From: Lingula anatina
Lineage: Eukaryota > Animalia > Brachiopoda
Direction of reading: 5' to 3'
DNA: 64,000 bases
NCBI GenBank assembly: GCA_051362555.1
Contig: CM120643.1
Location: 3,906,001-3,970,000, forward strand
Each line of letters opens with the position of its first letter. Position 1 is the stretch's first letter. Shown here piece by piece: positions 36,049-46,220 of this stretch. The notes under the pieces are model-generated. The model worked only from the letters and a program-made list of their open reading frames with translations. It did not search any database and had not been told where the DNA came from. The position numbers and the translations under genes were made by a program.

Positions 36049-36502
36049 CTGTGAAAAGTTGAGAAAAGAGTTCAACAAAAGAAGCTAACAATAAATAAAA
36101 TATTAGCCTGCAATACTATGCAATGGTTTTGGAATGTTATTGCAAAATAGTTATTTGTGGTACCTCTTGAAGATCCAGTGATAATCCTATACAGACTTAT
36201 GCTAAGCACAAATATCCCAATGTGACATGATGCTGATGAAATACCTTCAGTGACAAACTTAGTTAAGATCAAAACTTAAGTTTAACAATGCATTAAAAGT
36301 ACAATATCTCTCACCATACAGGGCTCTGTAATAACTTTTTCAGCCATGTGCCCAGCTTCTAGAAGAGTCACCCGTCACAATCATCATTGACGTGATGGCG
36401 TCTCTGGCCTCCATGCAGCCACCTGTCATACAGCTTATCTGCATCAAATGCCTCATATGATTCACCCTCAGTGGAAATGAGAAGAAGGTTATCTAACAGG
36501 CT

Positions 36503-36977
36503 GGGCCTAGTTTCATAAAGGACATTGTGTTTCCTAGATCGCATTCACAACGAGTTGAGCCAGGCTTTACAAATCCTGGGGACTAAATATGGCAGACGTA
36601 CATGAAAGAAAAACCGCCTAATCTTTTAATAGTCTCTCCGCCTCTCACACACCTCCCCTGCAGGGGGACAGTCATTAAATATCGGCTCTATTGGAACGAC
36701 ACATGGGGAGGCGTGTGGTTTTTCTTTCATGTACGTCTGCCATATTTAGTCCCCAGGATTTGTAAAGCCTGGCTCAACTAGTTGTGAATGCGATCCTAAA
36801 CTGTTTAAACAGCCGATTAGTTAACTGGCCAGTGTATAGCTGCATAAAATATTTAAAGGTCAGTTAACTAACCAGCTGTTTAAACACTGTTTATGTTTAA
36901 AATTGTGTTTCATAGGAGAATTTATCCACTGGTTAGGCTTATACACTGGTTAGTGCTAAACGTCCTTTATGAAACTG
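36503..36977. mobile_element. MITE (Harbinger-like TIR) inserted in the hAT fragment
   Basis: GGGCCTAGTTTCATAAAGGAC ... GTCCTTTATGAAACTG; absent from the paralog near 28360. Confidence 0.75.
36537..36795. mobile_element. Foldback MITE with ~78-bp terminal inverted repeats, nested in the previous MITE
   Basis: GATCGCATTCACAAC.AGTTGAGCCAGGCTTTACAAATCCTGGGGACTAAATATGGCAGACGTACATGAAAGAAAAACC and its reverse complement end the element; CTA on both flanks. Confidence 0.9.
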
Positions 36978-37515
36978 TTTTCATTCTCTTCACTTCACTG
37001 AATCCACATTCACAGACTGCTGAAGACATGGCAGTCACTAAAAAAATTTCTAATACCATACTGATGTTACTGAATCTTCTCTGTAATTCTTTATCTGTAA
37101 ACAACATGGCCCATGTATCCTGGATGTGTGCAGCATTACGTCTACCCTCACATTTACTCTGTTCATTACCAAAGCTTTAAGTGCTGGCCTCTTGGGTTCT
37201 GGTCATACCCAAGTCTCTGCAGCAACTCATTAAAATAAGCCATTATAATTTGGAGATCAGCATTCCTGTGTACAGCCAATTGACCTATTTATGGAGATTT
37301 CACGATTTTATGAAATTAAATATCCATTCTTTTACTTTATTTTGACACTTGCCCAATCAGGCAAGCATTCAGGTGAGTGGACTTGCCCGACATCAATGTC
37401 TACTTGCTCCAGGCAATCAGGAAATCCTTATTGTTGAGCCCTGGACAGTTACATAGATAAGCATTCTTGGGCAGGGTAATGTAGTACAGGTTGCTGGTTA
37501 AAATGAAAACACTAA

Positions 37516-37971
37516 TGTAACCGAGTGTTTCTTGTATTTTATAGCATGGCAACAAAGTTGATTGGTTTTCCAAAAATTAACGTTTATTCAATTCAATTAT
37601 GGCATATAGAGTCATATGTAATAAAATGACATACAAAATGGCATATATAAGGCCCCCTGAAAAGGTACAAAGAATATATTTTAATAAGGCCTATTATAAA
37701 GTTACATACATACATACTGAAATACTGACATATTGAATGTGAGACAAATATCGGTATCTTTTATAATGAATAACTATGAATGAATATAATAATTTATAAG
37801 TAAATACCTGTACTAACCCTGATAACACTGAAAAAGCCTAGAGCACACAACACACGTGTCTCTTCGTCTCTCCACACACACAGTGAATGAATACTAAGGT
37901 CAAATTCACCGCGTCACTTCCGGAGTTACCGGAAGTTATATATATTCATGAGAATCTTATCACTTGTCACA
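37516..37971 (-). repeat. 3' LTR of element 2 (456 bp)
   Basis: Identical by eye to 44650-45105. Confidence 0.97.
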
Positions 37972-37983
37972 TTCTCCCCTCCT
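37972..37983 (-). promoter_or_regulatory. Polypurine tract of element 2
   Basis: AGGAGGGGAGAA on the minus strand abuts the 3' LTR. Confidence 0.9.
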
Positions 37984-38198
37984 AATTGTTTTGTCGTCCC
38001 AGACAAAATAATTGTTACAGTAATTACTTATAAAAAAAATTTGCATAAGCTTGTCTTAAACTATATATACCATAATCAAAACAACAATAAACCATTATAT
38101 ATAATGACTACTATTTACATGACACCAGTATCTCCCTCAATTATAACTATTCTTTACTCTCTTAAATCAAATACTTAAACCAAAGCTTACATCATTTA

Positions 38199-38640
38199 AG
38201 TTATCAGAGACATCCAATGTACATTAACATAGTAAGTATAATGCATCTTACAAGAACTCTCTCTCTACTTAGACCTTAGCCTACACAACATACTTGATAA
38301 AAGTTATCAGAGACATCCAATGTACATTAACATAGTAAGTATAATGCATCTTACAAGAACTCTCTCTACTTTATCACTTAACTACCCTGTACAATCAAGA
38401 TATCAACTTTATACTATCTAATCACCCTCTTAATACTGGAGTCTTATACTTAACTACACTTAAACTACCTAATATATACTAACTTATCACCCTCCTCATA
38501 CTGGAGTCTTATACTTAAATACACTTAAACTATTAACTAAGTAATCACTATCCTAATACTGGATTTCTATCACTTAAAAACACCTAAACTATCAACTACA
38601 TACTAAGTAATCACCCTCCTAATACTGGAGTATTATTACT
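38199..38640. repeat. Internal repeats in the 3' UTR of element 2 (one ~100-bp duplication and ~60-70-bp ATCACCCTC..AATACTGGAG units)
   Basis: AGTTATCAGAGACATCCAATGTACATTAAC occurs twice; ATACTGGA motifs occur four times. Confidence 0.8.
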
Positions 38641-38714
38641 TTGTAAAAAAAAATAAATACAACTATACCAGCTTAGCTGTCCTGAAAAATACCTAAGCAT
38701 AACTACACATGTAC

Positions 38715-41700
38715 TTAAGTTTTTCTCAACATTAATTGTAAGAACAATTTTTGAGTCTCTACTAAATCCTGTAATGAATCAGACCCTCCTGATTTTTTAT
38801 TCTCAGTACCCTGAAAATCTAACTGTCCATCAGTCTGAGTAGATATTGTTTTACACTCTACAGATTGCTCCACACAGACACTTTTAGGCAATTTATTGAT
38901 ATTTGAATGTTTTCCTGCTGTTCTTCGCGTACTTCTCCTTAATACAGCTACTTCATTACGAAGCTGGTCCAATGACATGTTACTAAAATCCATTTCAGCA
39001 TTTTGGTCACATTCCTGTACATTTGATTCAGGATTTGATTTTCTTAACACATAAACTTCATATTCCTCATTTTCATCACTTTCATCAGAATCTGAATCAT
39101 TTTTGTACACACGTTGCACATTTTGACATGACTGACCAGTCTCAACTTCACTGCTTTCCTCTTTCTGGACCCTATCTAAGATTAACTCACGAGCATCCAT
39201 CAATGCGTCACGGTGAATTGTTCTCTCAGGCCCTGTTCCATTGACACGTTTCACTTTGTACACTCTTCCCTCAGTATCCACACAGTCTATAACAATATAT
39301 GGCTCTGCTTCCCACTTGTCTTGAATTTTATTCCTTCCCATTACATGGAAATTTTTCACAAAAACCTGGCTTCCAAGCACCAAAGGTCTGCTATTTGCTT
39401 TCACTTTGCTTCTTTCATGGCGTTTAGTAGCTTCATTTTCTGTATATTTCAAAGCTGTTCGGTATGCTTCCCGCAGGCGTTTCTGGTGACCAACAATCCA
39501 GTCATTCACTTCTTCCCCTGCTGTCTCCCCTCCTGGAATACTTGATTTTAAAAGAAAATCAATTGGCAATCTTGGCTCTCTCCCGAACATTAAAAAATAG
39601 GGAGAATACTTCGTAGTTGTATGAGGTGTACAGTTATATGAATATACTAATTCTGGTAAATACTCTGGCCAACGTTTTTTCTGTTCTTGTTGTAGAGTTC
39701 TTAAACGGTCGTGTAATGTTCTATTAAAGCGCTCAGCTTGAGAATTTCCCTGAGGATGATACGGTGTTGTTCTGCTTTTTACAATGCCATAAATTCCACA
39801 CAATTCCTTTATCAATGCACTTTCAAAATTACGTCCTTGATCACTGTGAATACGATCTGGAGCACCAAATCGAACAAACCATTCCTTAACTAAAATCTTA
39901 GCTACAGTTTTTGCTTTCTGATCACGTGTGGGGATAACCTGAGTATACTTTGTAAATACATCTGTCATAACTAATACATTTTCAAGACCAGAACTACTTG
40001 GTTCTAACATCGTGAAATCTATAGCTAACACTTCTAAGGGACGCTTTGCAATTATTGAACCCAAAGACGTTTTCACACTTTTTCCTTTGGCAACTACACA
40101 ACGCTGACAATTATCACAATAGTCTTTCACTTCTTTTCCCATGCAAGGCCAAAAACAACGAGATTCCAATATTTGTAATGTTTTCTCACTCGACTGATGA
40201 CCCATATTATCATGTACTGCTTTCAAAACAACAGTTTTTAAAAATTCTGGTAACAAAACTTGACATGCAACTACATTGTTATGCACCTTGGTTCTATATA
40301 ATATTCCATTCACTTCTTTCAATCTACTCCAGTCTCTGAGAATTCTGTTCACTTTCTTAGTTTCTTTACGCATCTGTCGGACAGTTGGCTTTCCATGTCT
40401 CCAATATTTGAGTACTCTACCAATCGTGTTGTCGGTTTCCTGGTATTTTTTCATATCTTCACTATCAATTGCAGGAAAAGTACTAGTGGATAAATGATTT
40501 TCTTGAATCCTTATGTCTTTATCTATACTGGCAGTCTGTGCAATCAGTTTTCGTGGAAGTAAAGTACCATAATGTCTAAAAAATGAATTTTCAGCTTGCT
40601 CATTCCACTGTACTTCTTCAAACCGCACAGAATGAGGTTCTGCGTCTGTAACATCTTTTCTACTCAATGCATCTGCTACCACGTTGGTTTTTCCTGATCT
40701 GTACTTTATCTGTAATCTAAAATTGGCTAGCTCGGCAACCCATCTTGCCTCTGTTGCTCCAAGTTTTGCAGATGACTGTACATATGCAAGTGGATTATTA
40801 TCTGTATATACAACACAGTTTGCACCAATTAGATAGTCTCTGAATTTCTCTGTAACAGCCCACTTCAAAGCACACAGTTCTAGCTTCATAGCACCATAAC
40901 TCCCACTTTTCTCAGCTGGACGTAAGGATCTACTCGCATAACTAATTACAACAATTTTTCCATTTTGTTCTTGAGATAGTACAGCTCCAAGACCCATACC
41001 GCTAGCATCTATTTCTAATATATATGGTTTTGTAAAGTCTGGATACCCCAGCAGTGGCGCATGAGTTAATGCATGTTTCAGTTTCTGAAATGATTCCACA
41101 CACTGTGAATCCCATTTCCAAGCAGTAGTAGACTTCACAATCTTGCTTGATTTCTGTGATGATTTTGTTCCTCCAGTAAGTTTATGCAATGGCCCGGCGA
41201 TTTTAGCAAAGTTTGGAACAAATCGTCTGTAATAGCTGCACACACCAAGGAACTGTGACAGTTGTTTCTCATTTTTTGGAGTGTTCCAGTTTTTTATTGC
41301 GGATATTTTACTAGGATCTGGTTCCACACCTTCTCCTGACACAATATGACCCAAGTAACGTAACTTCTTATGTAACAGTTGACATTTGCTAGGCTTGACC
41401 TTGAGGTTCTCTTCCTGTAACCTTTGTAAAACTATCTCAAGTCTCTCTAATGTTTCTTCTACTGTAGACCCAAACACTAAAATATCATCAAGATATATCA
41501 GTACACTTTTAAAATTTATGTCACCAAACAATTGATCCATCAATCGCATGAAAGTAGCTGGTGCTCCACAAAGACCAAAACTCATTCGAGTAAACTCAAA
41601 AAGACCACCTGTCCCTGACCTAAATGCTGTTTTTGGAATATCATTTTCATTTATTGGTACCTGGTAATACCCATGAGCTAAATCAAGAGAACAGTAATAT

Positions 41701-42974
41701 TTTGAACCACGTAATACATCTAAAGCCTCTTCAATTCTCGGTAGAGGGTATGCATCATGATGTGTTTTTGCATTAAGTTCCCTATAATCAACACACATTC
41801 GAAGTTCACCTGTTTTCTTACGTACTAATACAATTGGAGCAGCATAAGGACTATGCGAGTCTCTGATAATACCTCTTTCCTTCCATTGCTTCAAATACTG
41901 TCTCAATTCTTCCCAGTGCTGAGGAGGAACTCTTCTATGTGGAATACGGACTGGTACATCATCTTTGGTTCTTATGTAATGTTTCACTTTCCGGCATAAA
42001 CCAATGTCATCATCATTCTTGCTAAAAACATTATCATATTTTACAATTAAGTCAATCAGCAGTCTTTTACTTTTCTCATCAAGTGTCATACCAACATCCA
42101 TTTTCTGTAACAACTGTTCTGCAGTGGCCTTGGCATTCGGAGTTGACACATCACACATCTCAGATTGAACAACTAAATTGTCACCTACAGCATCAAAGCG
42201 ATTTATGGGTTGTATCTTAGCTATCTGTGTACGAGGTTTCAAATAAATATCTGCATCACTGGTATTTGCTATTGGGCATGGTATAATTCCTTCTTGATTA
42301 ACAGCTACACAGGTTGTGCCAATCATTATACCACGAGGCAAAGTTAGACTTTCCATTTCTTCTATAACAGCATAATAAAACTGACCATTACCTGCTTGGC
42401 TTACAGTTGCTGGTACCACTTGGACTGAACTTGCTGGTATAAGTATGGGTTGATTCCCTGCAATCTTGACTTTACTTTCTTGTAAACGGTTTGTGTACGC
42501 CACATTTTCTTCATAAAGTGACAGCACTGCTACCCATTCGTCTGAGTGATTCTTCAAAATAGACTTGTAGCCTTCTCCAAAGTACTGTTTAACATGGCGG
42601 AAGACATTAGATCCAATTACCCCAGGCACCTGTATTTTCCGTTTCTCCACAGGAGTATCAGTAGGATCTTTAACTACAAGGAAACCTACATTGGGAATAA
42701 CATGATTATTGATCTGTAAATCAGTTTCAATGTATCCAAGGTATGGTATATCAGCACCTTGTGTACTAGAAATGTTAATCAAACTTGAAACGTCAATCAA
42801 ATGTACACTGGGTAAGTTTTCTCTGTACCATCTTTCTGTGACTGTTGATACTTGCGCTCCCGTGTCCAATAAACACTGAATACTACATCCATTAATGCTA
42901 ACCACAGTTTCTGGACATTTTCCAACTATCTTTGTTAAAAACCCATTTAAAAATCCTGATTTTGTGGACAGTTT
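38715..42974 (-). CDS. Pol polyprotein (PR, RT, RNase H, IN), about 1400 aa, probably expressed by -1 frameshift from gag
   Basis: LLDTGAQVST; YLDD; DASGMGLGAVL; HDNMGH..CQRC; IDF; DQGRNFE; AER. The frame is open up to 42974, upstream of the annotated GTG at 42905. Confidence 0.96.
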   Translation of the reverse strand, partial: KLSTKSGFLNGFLTKIVGKCPETVVSINGCSIQCLLDTGAQVSTVTERWYRENLPSVHLIDVSSLINISSTQGADIPYLGYIETDLQINNHVIPNVGFLVVKDPTDTPVEKRKIQVPGVIGSNVFRHVKQYFGEGYKSILKNHSDEWVAVLSLYEENVAYTNRLQESKVKIAGNQPILIPASSVQVVPATVSQAGNGQFYYAVIEEMESLTLPRGIMIGTTCVAVNQEGIIPCPIANTSDADIYLKPRTQIAKIQPINRFDAVGDNLVVQSEMCDVSTPNAKATAEQLLQKMDVGMTLDEKSKRLLIDLIVKYDNVFSKNDDDIGLCRKVKHYIRTKDDVPVRIPHRRVPPQHWEELRQYLKQWKERGIIRDSHSPYAAPIVLVRKKTGELRMCVDYRELNAKTHHDAYPLPRIEEALDVLRGSKYYCSLDLAHGYYQVPINENDIPKTAFRSGTGGLFEFTRMSFGLCGAPATFMRLMDQLFGDINFKSVLIYLDDILVFGSTVEETLERLEIVLQRLQEENLKVKPSKCQLLHKKLRYLGHIVSGEGVEPDPSKISAIKNWNTPKNEKQLSQFLGVCSYYRRFVPNFAKIAGPLHKLTGGTKSSQKSSKIVKSTTAWKWDSQCVESFQKLKHALTHAPLLGYPDFTKPYILEIDASGMGLGAVLSQEQNGKIVVISYASRSLRPAEKSGSYGAMKLELCALKWAVTEKFRDYLIGANCVVYTDNNPLAYVQSSAKLGATEARWVAELANFRLQIKYRSGKTNVVADALSRKDVTDAEPHSVRFEEVQWNEQAENSFFRHYGTLLPRKLIAQTASIDKDIRIQENHLSTSTFPAIDSEDMKKYQETDNTIGRVLKYWRHGKPTVRQMRKETKKVNRILRDWSRLKEVNGILYRTKVHNNVVACQVLLPEFLKTVVLKAVHDNMGHQSSEKTLQILESRCFWPCMGKEVKDYCDNCQRCVVAKGKSVKTSLGSIIAKRPLEVLAIDFTMLEPSSSGLENVLVMTDVFTKYTQVIPTRDQKAKTVAKILVKEWFVRFGAPDRIHSDQGRNFESALIKELCGIYGIVKSRTTPYHPQGNSQAERFNRTLHDRLRTLQQEQKKRWPEYLPELVYSYNCTPHTTTKYSPYFLMFGREPRLPIDFLLKSSIPGGETAGEEVNDWIVGHQKRLREAYRTALKYTENEATKRHERSKVKANSRPLVLGSQVFVKNFHVMGRNKIQDKWEAEPYIVIDCVDTEGRVYKVKRVNGTGPERTIHRDALMDARELILDRVQKEESSEVETGQSCQNVQRVYKNDSDSDESDENEEYEVYVLRKSNPESNVQECDQNAEMDFSNMSLDQLRNEVAVLRRSTRRTAGKHSNINKLPKSVCVEQSVECKTISTQTDGQLDFQGTENKKSGGSDSLQDLVETQKLFLQLMLRKT

Positions 42975-43891
42975 CTAAGTAAATGTTCTTCTGAACCACA
43001 CTTAAAACATTTCCTCACCTCAGATTGTCTACCATATCGGTTGCTATGTCGACCTCTACCTCTACTTTGACCTCTACCTCTTACTTCTCTTATCATGTCA
43101 CGCTGACCTCGAAATTGTCCTCTCATTAACTCATTTATTTGTTGCTGTTGCTGCAAAATTTGTTTAGATTGCTGAGCTATTTGTTTACTTTGCTCTTGGA
43201 CTAATTTTAAAATTTCATCATTTTGTACAGCAGACTCTTGGAGAGTACCTGTTTCTTTCTGATTCTGATCACTCCTACCGATCCAGTCAATAGCTCTATC
43301 TCTAAGGTCAAAAAATGACAATCTTGGTTGTTCTAAATTTAGTCTTCTCAACTCTCTTTTCAAACTGTTATCTCTAACACATTCCGCTAATCTACCTTTC
43401 AGTGTATTATCTCTGTCAACCAAGAATTCTTCCCTGATAACACAAATTTCATCAAAAAGTTCAACCAATTTTAGTGAACATGAGAGCAGATCTTCTTTAC
43501 TACCTTGTTTGTACTCATAAAAACGTTGCTGAAGAACAGGCAGTATGTCACCATCCCCGAAAACTTTTATTAAAATTTCAAAAATTTTCTCTGGGTTTGT
43601 GCTAATTTCTATCCCTCTACCAATGATTTCTTTTCTAGCTTTACCAGCTAAATTACTAACAATGAAAGCGGTAGCTTCTTCCCTATCTTTAAATTTTCTG
43701 GTATTGAGGTGAGCTTTTATATCTTGCACCCATTCCTTAATTTCTACATCATCAGGAGATGAAGGCTTATCTTTAAAACGTGCTATTCTTCTTGAAGAGG
43801 AAATATACTGGTAACATGATTGATCAGTAAAACCTTCAGATCTTAACTCTTCTTTAATTTCTGACTTTAGTTTTTCTTTACTCTCTGCCAT
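42947..43891 (-). CDS. Gag, 314 aa, PNMA-like capsid region with a C-terminal CCHC knuckle
   Basis: CFKCGSEEHLLRNC, RG-rich linker, position upstream of pol inside the LTRs. Confidence 0.92.
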   Translation of the reverse strand: MAESKEKLKSEIKEELRSEGFTDQSCYQYISSSRRIARFKDKPSSPDDVEIKEWVQDIKAHLNTRKFKDREEATAFIVSNLAGKARKEIIGRGIEISTNPEKIFEILIKVFGDGDILPVLQQRFYEYKQGSKEDLLSCSLKLVELFDEICVIREEFLVDRDNTLKGRLAECVRDNSLKRELRRLNLEQPRLSFFDLRDRAIDWIGRSDQNQKETGTLQESAVQNDEILKLVQEQSKQIAQQSKQILQQQQQINELMRGQFRGQRDMIREVRGRGQSRGRGRHSNRYGRQSEVRKCFKCGSEEHLLRNCPQNQDF

Positions 43892-44089
43892 TTTTATTCA
43901 AACCAACTAACAACATGCAATATTCTAACTCAGTTGACTGATGTAATGTTAAACTAAACTAAACAAAACTAAACTAAACTATAACATATAATACTACTAC
44001 AACTGATAAACAATAAGAATATATACAATATTTACAATATATTTATTCACTGTAATGCACTGCAAAATGTATGGTATGAGACTACTCTG

Positions 44090-44571
44090 GCTCCACAGAT
44101 CATTGGTCTTGCGCCGACACCATGAAGATTTACTGAGGAAGTCACTGGCCCTGGTCCTGCGTTGACACGACGAATTTCACTGATCCTGTACTATGTCCAC
44201 ACACGCAGATCACTGGCCCTGGTTCACTGGCTCAAGGAAATCATGCACTGGTCCTGCGCCGACACCATGGAGTTCACTTGCCCTGTACCGAATTCACATA
44301 GATCACTGGCTCTGATTCACTGGCTCAAGGACATCACTAACCCAGAAATGGATTCACACATGACACTGGCTCTGGTTCACTGGCCCAAGGAAATCATTAG
44401 CCCAGAACAGTATTCACACAGGTCACTGGCTCTGGTTCCCTGGCTCAATTACATCATTAGCCCTGAACAGGATTCACACAGGTCACTGGCTCTGGTTCAC
44501 TGGCTCAATGACATCACTAGCCCTGAACTGAATTCACGCAGGTCACTGGCTCTGCTTCACTGGCTCAAGGA
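44090..44571. repeat. 60-bp tandem array in the 5' leader of element 2
   Basis: ATTCACAC.GGTCACTGGCTCTGGTTCACTGGCTCAA recurs at 60-bp spacing across 44290-44570, with degenerate copies to about 44090. Confidence 0.9.
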
Positions 44572-44629
44572 AGGGCGGGGTGGGCTAACTACTTGTATGC
44601 CTTATATATGCCATGTGCCACACTATCTT

Positions 44630-44647
44630 ACCCTGTTCGCAGCGCCA
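44630..44647 (-). promoter_or_regulatory. Primer-binding site, most like tRNA-Ser
   Basis: TGGCGCTGCGAACAGGGT lies 2 nt after the 5' LTR; it resembles Ser PBS TGGCGC(T/A)G(T/C)GAGCAGG(A/G)T and, less well, Lys TGGCGCCCGAACAGGGAC. Confidence 0.75.
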
Positions 44648-44649
44648 AA

Positions 44650-45105
44650 TGTAACCGAGTGTTTCTTGTATTTTATAGCATGGCAACAAAGTTGATTGGT
44701 TTTCCAAAAATTAACGTTTATTCAATTCAATTATGGCATATAGAGTCATATGTAATAAAATGACATACAAAATGGCATATATAAGGCCCCCTGAAAAGGT
44801 ACAAAGAATATATTTTAATAAGGCCTATTATAAAGTTACATACATACATACTGAAATACTGACATATTGAATGTGAGACAAATATCGGTATCTTTTATAA
44901 TGAATAACTATGAATGAATATAATAATTTATAAGTAAATACCTGTACTAACCCTGATAACACTGAAAAAGCCTAGAGCACACAACACACGTGTCTCTTCG
45001 TCTCTCCACACACACAGTGAATGAATACTAAGGTCAAATTCACCGCGTCACTTCCGGAGTTACCGGAAGTTATATATATTCATGAGAATCTTATCACTTG
45101 TCACA
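44650..45105 (-). repeat. 5' LTR of element 2 (456 bp)
   Basis: TGTGACAAG...CTCGGTTACA on the minus strand; identical by eye to the other LTR. Confidence 0.97.
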
Positions 45106-45294
45106 CTAACATGCTGTGATGTTTCCAGTACTACAGCTAAATGAAGTTAATTATGTGCTCGGTGAGGCATGGCAAGAAACACATGCTGATGGTCACATTT
45201 AATACCACGATCCGTTAACATGTGATAGCTGATACAAGAAGGCGCACATCTTGGTAGTGAGAGCTTTATCATAAAGTAAAGTGTTTTACTCTAT

Positions 45295-45655
45295 TCTAAC
45301 ACAGGTGATGTTTTACAGTAGGTTTATTCACAAAAACGTCGTAGGCGAAGGTCATAAATAGCTTCACCTTCCTCGCCACCATATAAAGGCACTAGTGCCT
45401 TTTCACGGCCTCAATTATCCTTTCTTGACATGAATTGTCACTGGCAAATGTGATTGCCTGCTGTTTCAAAAAAGGACTTCTCATGCCCATTAGAAATACC
45501 TGTTTTCCTATTCCATAGGGAAATGATGTGTCACATTCCAAGATGGAATGGATGAAGAGAATATTGTCGCATATATCACTTCCTAACTTGGCCCTTGTTG
45601 TTCTAATGTTCCAGCATTTTGATGGCCCTTTGGCATTGCTCTTTTGTTGGGGTTA
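45295..45655 (-). mobile_element. Decayed Academ-like XPG/FEN1-type nuclease domain fragment
   Basis: WNIRTTRAKLGSDICDNILFIHSILECDTSFPYGIGK...IIEA(G)EKALVPLYGG...DLRLRRFCE matches the H3TH-type HA..GCDT.S..G.GK...GE..L..LY..L..LR pattern. Confidence 0.7.
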
Positions 45656-45728
45656 TCTTTATGGCCCCTCTACTATGATGCTAATCAGTTTCTGAATAAA
45701 TTTGTGGAAGAAAGGGGCCATAAAGATA

Positions 45729-46220
45729 ACCATCAAACACCACTACAGCTCTATTACTAGGACATATGTGACATACTGGTGTGCAAATAACCATCAAACA
45801 CCACTACAGTTTTATTACTAGGACATATGTGACATACTGGTGTGCAAATAACCATCAAACACCACTACAGTTTTATTACTAGGACATATGTGACATACTG
45901 GTGTACAAATAACCATCAAACACCACTACAGCTTTATTACTAGGACATATGTGACATACTGGTGTGCAAATAACCATCAAACACCACTACATCTTTATTA
46001 CTAGGACATATGTGACATACTGGTGTACTAATAACCATCAAACACCACTACAGTTTTATTACTAGGACATATGTGACATACTGGTGTACAAATAACCATC
46101 AAACACCACTACAGTTTTATTACTAGGACATATGTGACATACTGGTGTACAAATAACCATCAAACACCACTACAGCTTTATTACTAGGACATATGTGACA
46201 TACTGGTGTACAAATAACCA
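45729..46220. repeat. 61-bp minisatellite, about 8 copies
   Basis: Unit AACCATCAAACACCACTACAGTTTTATTACTAGGACATATGTGACATACTGGTGTACAAAT. Confidence 0.95.

Larger units (their letters stand above)
36319..37443 (-). mobile_element. Non-autonomous hAT element, paralog of 28213-28874, with nested MITEs
   Basis: TIRs CAGGGCTC (36319) and GAGCCCTG (37436-37443); internal sequence aligns with 28213-28874. Confidence 0.85.
37516..45105 (-). mobile_element. Full-length Ty3/Gypsy LTR retrotransposon with separate gag and pol ORFs
   Basis: Identical 456-bp TG...CA LTRs; 4-bp TSD CTAA (37512-37515 and 45106-45109); PBS; PPT; intact ORFs. Confidence 0.97.

Noticed and set aside
37984-38714. Possible env or third ORF downstream of pol in element 2
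   Set aside because: About 730 bp of AT-rich repeats with no minus-strand ORF; element 1 has only about 300 bp in the equivalent position.
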